Source: a virus. From it: a DNA stretch of 64,000 nucleotides. The notes under the pieces were generated by a model that did not search any database, was not told the DNA's origin, and saw only the letters and a list, made by a program, of their open reading frames with translations. Made by a program: the position numbers and the translations under genes. This document shows, in pieces, positions 58,585-64,000 of this stretch (position 1 is its first letter; each line of letters starts with the position of its first letter). The stretch covers positions 1 through 64,000 of the IMG/VR virus record IMGVR_UViG_3300042904_000405. One strand, written 5' to 3'.

Positions 58585-60260
58585 CGGTGCCCGTCATCTG
58601 GCTCGCCAAGGAGGGCGTGTGCTCGCGCTGCCGTTGGGACGAATGGATCGTGGAGGATCTCCTCAACGGCGCGCAGAAGCGACCGGCGACGCTCATGTCG
58701 GCTGCGCACGGAACAACGTCGAGCATCGGCCGCGCGGGCAGCCTCCACCCCTGGGTGGTGGTCCTCCCCGGCGGCAACCATGTCGACGACGTCGACTGGG
58801 TGAACAAGCAGCTGAGTGGTATCGCAGAGCTGATCCTCTTCATCACCTCCGACGAGGGTGCTGCCTTCCCGGTGGAGAAGCTCAACCACCCCAACATGAG
58901 GCTGTGGATCCAGACGCCGCGACCCGAGGCGAGCTACCCGGTCGGTACTCAGTTCTTCGGGGTGGGCTCCGCTCGCGCATGGGAGTACGCCATTCCGCAG
59001 CCCAAGGAACACCGCGCGATGCTCGCCGGCCAGCGCACGCACCAGCGGCGCGACGACGCCTTCGCCAACACCGTGCGAGTGCCGAACTCCTTCGTCCGGG
59101 AGTCGAGGGGTTTCCTCACTGGCCTTGATCGTCCCGAGTACCTCGATGCCCTCGCTCGGTCGTGGTGGGCCCCCGCTCCGTCGGGGGCCATCACGCAGGA
59201 CTCGTTCAGGTTCTACGAAGCCCTCGAGCTGGGTACGATCCCGATCCCTGATGGCCTGCGCGCCGACGGGGCTGGGCAGGGGTACTGGGACATGGTGGCC
59301 CCGGGCTTCCCGATCGCGCCGATCACCGACTGGCGAAGGTTGCCTTCTCTCTTGGACTCCGCAGAGCAGCTCCTCACTGCAGCCGAGATTGAGCTGATGA
59401 CTCACGGCTGGTGGCACACCCGCCGCAGGGAGATGGCTCGCACGCTCGCCTCGCAGGTGGGGAACGACGCCCCGCACCCGCTGACGGTGATCGTTCCCAC
59501 GTCGCCGATCAAGTCGCATCCGAGCACGAAGATCATCGAAGAGACGGTGCGTTCGATCCGGGAGCGAACCGACGCGGAGATCCTCATCACCTGCGACATG
59601 CCTCGCAGCGAGCTGTCCCACTACAAGGAGCGCTACACCGACTACCTGCGCGACCTGATGTTGCTCGCCGAGCACGAGTGGTGGAACGTCACGCCGATCG
59701 TGATGAACAAGTTCTGCCACCAAGTTGAGATGCTGCGCCGCACGCTGCCGCACATCGACTCCAAGTACCTCATGTACGTTGAGCACGACACGCCGCTCGT
59801 CGGCGACATCGACTTCGACCAGGTGATCGCGGCGATGAAGGCGAGCGACCTGAACGTCATCCGCTTCTACCACGAGGCGGCCGTGCACCCCGAGCACGAG
59901 CACCTGATGACCGGCGCCGTCCACTCCAACGGCTGGCGCCCGACGATGCAGTGGTCCCAGCGCCCTCACGTGGCGAAGGTGTCGTTCTACGAGAAGTTCA
60001 TCCTGCGGCACTTTGAGACCACGGCGCGTTGCATGATCGAGGACGCCATGTTCGGCATCGTCGAAGGCGCCTGGCTCTCCCAGGGCGCTGACGCATGGGA
60101 GAGCTGGCGCATGGGCCTGTGGCATCCCGCAGGGGACAGCATCCAGCGCTCCACTCACCTCGACGGCCGCGGGCCGGATTCGAAGTACGAGGAACAGTTC
60201 AAGTACCGCTACAGGGGTGACCGCCCACCGGGCGCGCCGGCAGGAGCAAACCAGACATGA
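58581..60260 (+). CDS. Fused glycosyltransferase: exostosin/GT47-like N-domain plus GT-A (GT2-like) C-domain
   Basis: APAPSG...DSFRFYEALELGTIPI; LTVIVPTS, ITCD, YVEHDTP (DxD-like). Confidence 0.75.
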   Translation: MTVPVIWLAKEGVCSRCRWDEWIVEDLLNGAQKRPATLMSAAHGTTSSIGRAGSLHPWVVVLPGGNHVDDVDWVNKQLSGIAELILFITSDEGAAFPVEKLNHPNMRLWIQTPRPEASYPVGTQFFGVGSARAWEYAIPQPKEHRAMLAGQRTHQRRDDAFANTVRVPNSFVRESRGFLTGLDRPEYLDALARSWWAPAPSGAITQDSFRFYEALELGTIPIPDGLRADGAGQGYWDMVAPGFPIAPITDWRRLPSLLDSAEQLLTAAEIELMTHGWWHTRRREMARTLASQVGNDAPHPLTVIVPTSPIKSHPSTKIIEETVRSIRERTDAEILITCDMPRSELSHYKERYTDYLRDLMLLAEHEWWNVTPIVMNKFCHQVEMLRRTLPHIDSKYLMYVEHDTPLVGDIDFDQVIAAMKASDLNVIRFYHEAAVHPEHEHLMTGAVHSNGWRPTMQWSQRPHVAKVSFYEKFILRHFETTARCMIEDAMFGIVEGAWLSQGADAWESWRMGLWHPAGDSIQRSTHLDGRGPDSKYEEQFKYRYRGDRPPGAPAGANQT

Positions 60261-61291
60261 GGGCCGGGATCATCATCCGCTCAACGGCGCGCGGCTTGGC
60301 CACGCAGACCCAGGAGGCGTGGCGGGGCTTCCCGTTTGAGGCCGCCCTGCACATCGTCGACGGCGACCCCGTGTGGCCGGAAGACCTGTGGGAGCCACAC
60401 CGACCGGATGACATCTACCGGGCACACCTCAAGGACGGCGAGCTGCTCCGCTACGAGTACGAGGAGTTCCTCTCCCGGATCGACGTGCTGTTCTCAGTGG
60501 AGACGCTGTACAGCTGGCATTTCGCCCGCGCCGTGGAGAACGCCAACGTCCGGGCCGTCGTCCAGGGCAACTGCGAGCTGTGGGGCCCGTTCCAGCCCGC
60601 CCTCCCGATGACCCAGTGGGTGTGGCCGACTCCCTGGCGTCTCGACGGCGTGCCGGAAGGGCCGACCATCCCGGTGCCGGTGGCGGACGCCTGTCGCGCC
60701 AAGGCGGCCGACATCGATGCCCCCCTCGTCATCGTCCACCCGGCCGGCCACGCTGCCATCGGTGACCGCAACGGGACCGAGCTGCTCCTGCGGGCGGCGT
60801 CGATCCTCAAGACGGAAGTGACCCTGCGCATCATCGGACAGGACGGCAGGGGGTCGATCAACAAGGGCTTCCATCTGCGTGTCCCACCCAACGTGAAGGT
60901 TGAGGTCATCGAGACCGGCGTGAAGGATCGCTGGTCGCTCTACGACGGCGCTCACGCCGTCATCCTCCCGCGTCGCTACGGCGGCCTGAGCTTGCCCGCC
61001 CAGGAGGCGTTGCAGGCCGGCGTCATTCCGATCATGACGGACTGCGAGCCGAACCGCTTCTGGCCGATCATCCCGATCCCCGCCGCCAAGGGCAGGGGCC
61101 AGCGGGTGCGCTACGGCCACATTGAGACATGGGTTGCCGATCCCCGGATGATCGCCCGCCGGATCGATGAACTGAACTACGACCGGCAGACATTGGTGAC
61201 ACAGAGGGAAGCTGCCCGCACGTGGGTCCAGGAGCACACATGGGAGAAGATGGCCCCGATGTACGACGAACTCTTCCTCTCGCAGCTCTGA
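60257..61291 (+). CDS. Glycosyltransferase (GT4-like)
   Basis: DRNGT..LL.A, LY..AHAVILPRRYGGLSLPAQEALQAG.I.IMTD, TWE. Confidence 0.85.
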   Translation: MRAGIIIRSTARGLATQTQEAWRGFPFEAALHIVDGDPVWPEDLWEPHRPDDIYRAHLKDGELLRYEYEEFLSRIDVLFSVETLYSWHFARAVENANVRAVVQGNCELWGPFQPALPMTQWVWPTPWRLDGVPEGPTIPVPVADACRAKAADIDAPLVIVHPAGHAAIGDRNGTELLLRAASILKTEVTLRIIGQDGRGSINKGFHLRVPPNVKVEVIETGVKDRWSLYDGAHAVILPRRYGGLSLPAQEALQAGVIPIMTDCEPNRFWPIIPIPAAKGRGQRVRYGHIETWVADPRMIARRIDELNYDRQTLVTQREAARTWVQEHTWEKMAPMYDELFLSQL

Positions 61292-61301
61292 GCCGTCTCA
61301 C

Positions 61302-62255
61302 ATGCGTATACACGCCCTTGCGACCACCCCCCAGTACCGCCGCCACGTCGAAGCGGTCTGGAAGCATCTCGACCCCTCGCTGAAGGGTGACCTGCTCGTC
61401 GGCCGCACCGCCTCAACGAAGCGCTACCCCACCCAGGACGTCGTCATGGTCGGCGGCTACTACGACGTCGCCAACGCTCCGCACCAGCGGATCATCTACG
61501 TGGAGCACGGAGCCGGCCAGGCGTACGGCGGTGACGAGACCTCCCGTGGGCACCTCTGCTACCACGGGTCCAACCACCCAAAGCGCGTCGTCGGCTACAT
61601 CTCGCCGTCCGAGCAGGTCGCCCGCCTCTGGAACCGCCCGGCGTTCGCCGCTGGTGTGCCCGCCCTCGACGACATCCCACGCCGGCCGATCCGCTTCGCC
61701 AGGCACAAGGTCGCGGCGATCACCTTCCACTTTGACGCTCGAGGAGCGTTCGTCGCCCCGGAGGCTCGCTCCGCCAGGGAGCACTACATCGAGATGCTGC
61801 ACAGCATGGTCGGCGCCCTGCGCGCCGACGGATGGGAGGTGATCGGTACCTGGCACCCGAAGGACCCCGTCGGGCACAAGATCTGGCGCAACCTGCAGAT
61901 CGAGTCGACTGCGGACCCGGCCGAGATCCTGAGCCGCGCTCACCTCGTCATCGCCGACAACACGTCCCTGCTCTACGAGGCGGCCTATCTCGGCATCCCG
62001 TCGATCGTCCTGAACGCCCCGTGGTATCGCAAGGACGTGGAGCATGGACTGCGCTTCTGGGATCACGTCCCCGGCCACCAGGTCGACAGCCCGGAGGAGT
62101 TCATCGCCTTCGACTTCACCTACTGGCTCAACGGGATGAAGAGCAACATCTTGGCCTCGTCCGCCGCCCTCTACGCCTACGGCCCCGACCGCCACGGCCA
62201 CGCCGGCGCGCAGGCTGCCCGCTGGGTGGAGAAGTTCGTGATGGGCGAGGTCTAG
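61302..62255 (+). CDS. GT-B enzyme (TagF/capsule-polymerase-like)
   Basis: YVEHGAG, AGVPALD, WHPK, AHLVIADNTSLLYEAAYLGIPSIVL. Confidence 0.75.
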   Translation: MRIHALATTPQYRRHVEAVWKHLDPSLKGDLLVGRTASTKRYPTQDVVMVGGYYDVANAPHQRIIYVEHGAGQAYGGDETSRGHLCYHGSNHPKRVVGYISPSEQVARLWNRPAFAAGVPALDDIPRRPIRFARHKVAAITFHFDARGAFVAPEARSAREHYIEMLHSMVGALRADGWEVIGTWHPKDPVGHKIWRNLQIESTADPAEILSRAHLVIADNTSLLYEAAYLGIPSIVLNAPWYRKDVEHGLRFWDHVPGHQVDSPEEFIAFDFTYWLNGMKSNILASSAALYAYGPDRHGHAGAQAARWVEKFVMGEV

Positions 62256-62264
62256 GGTCTCAAC

Positions 62265-62981
62265 ATGGCCCGCCAGTACGCATGCGAGCAGCTCACGACT
62301 GAAGCACGGGTCGACAGCTACTGCAGCTGCTCGCTCGACGGTCTCGCTGGGACCAACTTCACGATCTCCGACATCATCGACGCCGCCTCGGACTTCGTCT
62401 TCCTGGCGACCGGCGGGCGAGTGCGCGGGCGATGCGAGTCCACGGTGCGTCCGTGCGCCGACCGGTCGTGCATGTGCGGCCACCCGTCCGACGCCTGCGG
62501 CTGCTGTCGCCTCGATGCCATTGCGCTCCCCGGCGACATGGTCGACGTGATCAGCGTCCAGATCGATGGCACGACGCTCGACCCCTCCGAGTACGGCTTC
62601 ATCGATGGAGCGGGCCTCGTGCGCGTCGGCGAGCACTCAACGACATGGCCGGGCTGCCAGTACCTCAGCCGCCCCGACGGTCAGGAGGGCACGTTCTCCA
62701 TCACCTACGAGCACGGCCTGCTTCCGTTCGTGGGCGTCATGGCCGCCACCGAGATCGCCTGCGAGCTGCTGACAGCCCTCACTGGCAAGACCTCCCGCCT
62801 CGACCCCCGAGTGATCACCGCCGTCATGGATGGCGTCACCGTCGAACTCGACCCCACCGTCCTTGGCATGTTCGACTGGACCAGCCGCCTCGCCGCTCAG
62901 TACCCAGCCCTCGGCCCCCGACCAATCGTGTGGTCCCCGGAAGTCGACGACGGCTGGGCTCTGCACACCACGTCGTTCTGA
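62265..62981 (+). CDS. Head-to-tail adaptor
   Basis: IDAASD..FLATG....G.C..TVRPC, V.IDG..L, WP.CQ, FSITY.HG, A..E.ACE; actinophage adaptor pattern. Confidence 0.8.
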   Translation: MARQYACEQLTTEARVDSYCSCSLDGLAGTNFTISDIIDAASDFVFLATGGRVRGRCESTVRPCADRSCMCGHPSDACGCCRLDAIALPGDMVDVISVQIDGTTLDPSEYGFIDGAGLVRVGEHSTTWPGCQYLSRPDGQEGTFSITYEHGLLPFVGVMAATEIACELLTALTGKTSRLDPRVITAVMDGVTVELDPTVLGMFDWTSRLAAQYPALGPRPIVWSPEVDDGWALHTTSF

Positions 62982-62985
62982 GCCG

Positions 62986-63387
62986 TTGAAACGATCCGGC
63001 CCGCCGCAGCGCAAGACCCCACTGGCGCGCACGTCGAAGATCAAGCAGGGGAAGTCACTCTCACGTGAGTGGCCCGAGGCGACACGCCCGGGGTGGCAGC
63101 CGCATGTAGGCAAGCGCACCCCGTCGGCACGCAAGGGTTCCAAGTCCAAGGTCCCCGAATCGGTCAAGATGGCAGTTGCCGCGCGCTCAGGGGGCAAGTG
63201 CGAGGCGGCTGCCGCGGCGTCCTGCCGGCGCCGCGGCAGCCAGCTCCACCACCGGCTGATGCGGTCCCAGGGTGGCAAGCACACGGTGGAGAATCTCCTC
63301 GACGTCTGCGCCACCTGCCACGCCCACATCCACGCCCACCCCGAGCAGGCCTACGAGAGGGGATGGCTGCTTCGGCGTCCCGTTTGA
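62986..63387 (+). CDS. HNH endonuclease
   Basis: V.ARSGGKCE...C....QLHHRLMRSQGG....NLLDVCATCH..IH; TTG start inferred. Confidence 0.85.
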   Translation: MKRSGPPQRKTPLARTSKIKQGKSLSREWPEATRPGWQPHVGKRTPSARKGSKSKVPESVKMAVAARSGGKCEAAAAASCRRRGSQLHHRLMRSQGGKHTVENLLDVCATCHAHIHAHPEQAYERGWLLRRPV

Positions 63388-63450
63388 CGAAACCGCTGGT
63401 CCCGCGGAACGCTGTCGGGGTACTCGTGTTCCTCGAAAGGACTCAGCGCT

Positions 63451-64000
63451 ATGGCATCGAACCTCGCTGGTAACGGCGTCTGCATCGGTGCGCACGATGC
63501 ATGCCTCATCCGTGCGGCCAAGCTCGACCCGGACTGCTCGCCGAAGGGCGGCGCCGACAGCGGCATCATCACGGCTGGCATCGTCACGATGACCGCCTCG
63601 CCGGACATCGAAGAGGGCCAGCTCTACGAGCCCAAGACGGGCTGCGGCACCGTGGGCTTCACGGTGGAGAAGCCCTCCCGCACGAAGCGCGTGAACCTCA
63701 CCGGCGAGCTGCTCTTCCACGACGAGGAGCTGATGGAGGTGCTGTTCGGCGGGAAGCTCATCCTCGGTGGTGCGCTCTCCGACTTCAACACCGACGTCAT
63801 CGGCTGGGCCGAGCAGAACATCACCGAGGCCGACCCCTCCCCGATCTACCTCGAGATCATCACCCGCATGTCCGCCCAGGGCGCGGGCGAGTGCTCCGTC
63901 GGTGGCGTCATGCAGCCGTACGCGCAGGGTCACATCTTCGGCAAGGCCCGCCTCACGCTCGGTGACGAGACCTTCGAGAACGACGTGCGCAACCTGACGT
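63451..64000 (+). CDS. Major tail protein, 5' part (runs off window; absent from ORF track)
   Basis: SD AAAGGA; MASNLAGNGVCIGAHDACLIRAAKLDPDC...SPDIEEG....KTGCG...KRVNL; no stop to window end. Confidence 0.75.
   Translation, partial: MASNLAGNGVCIGAHDACLIRAAKLDPDCSPKGGADSGIITAGIVTMTASPDIEEGQLYEPKTGCGTVGFTVEKPSRTKRVNLTGELLFHDEELMEVLFGGKLILGGALSDFNTDVIGWAEQNITEADPSPIYLEIITRMSAQGAGECSVGGVMQPYAQGHIFGKARLTLGDETFENDVRNLT

Larger units (their letters stand above)
1..64000. mobile_element. Near-complete tailed phage genome (siphovirus-like actinobacteriophage), circularly permuted; tail-completion/chaperone/most of tape-measure genes lie outside the window
   Basis: Terminase, portal, capsid, adaptor, major tail, minor tail, endolysin and holin all present; no host housekeeping genes; window starts in a tape-measure-like ORF and ends in the major tail gene. 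Confidence 0.95.

Noticed and set aside
49932-60158. Long minus-strand ORFs (49932-51398, 51899-53284, 53486-54856, 54925-56640, 58401-60158) and similar ones such as 42654-44102 and 1313-2545
   Set aside because: Antisense shadows of high-GC3 genes; no motifs.
63385-63450. Hammerhead or other ribozyme upstream of the major tail gene
   Set aside because: CGAAAC is present but no CUGAUGA core with matching stems could be identified.
1-64000. tRNA, tmRNA, rRNA, integrase or IS transposase
   Set aside because: No cloverleaf or catalytic motifs recognised by eye; tRNAscan/ARAGORN and HMM searches are needed to confirm absence.

Overview
The window is most of a circularly permuted, high-GC tailed (siphovirus-type) phage genome. 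The host is very likely an actinobacterium, based on WhiB, an Rpf-type transglycosylase, a GPGG-motif small membrane protein and many leaderless TANNNT promoters; the Thr-rich secreted proteins tentatively suggest Acidimicrobiia or similar. Gene order: tape-measure 3' end, tail-tip/minor tail genes, lysis cassette, accessory virion/fibre genes, metacaspase, WhiB and terminase (1-20.8 kb). A leftward early arm of small genes follows, with two DNA methyltransferases and a stand-alone LexA DNA-binding domain (20.8-38.1 kb). Next come a G-tract-flanked control region with a tandem array of ten LexA/SOS-box-like sites (38.2-40.3 kb), a mixed small-gene region, HNH, replication initiator and loader (40.3-50.2 kb). 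The window ends with portal, protease, major capsid, a seven-gene glycosyltransferase/methyltransferase island, adaptor, HNH and the start of the major tail gene (50.2-64 kb). I see no integrase, DNA polymerase, tRNA or CRISPR. The most striking signal is a possible LexA-centred system: 10 tandem SOS-like boxes in non-coding DNA, 12 more embedded in frame (as E-P-P) in two arrays of tiny Cys-rich genes, and a truncated, non-cleavable LexA next to one array. All family calls are by eye from motifs and synteny, not from database searches.
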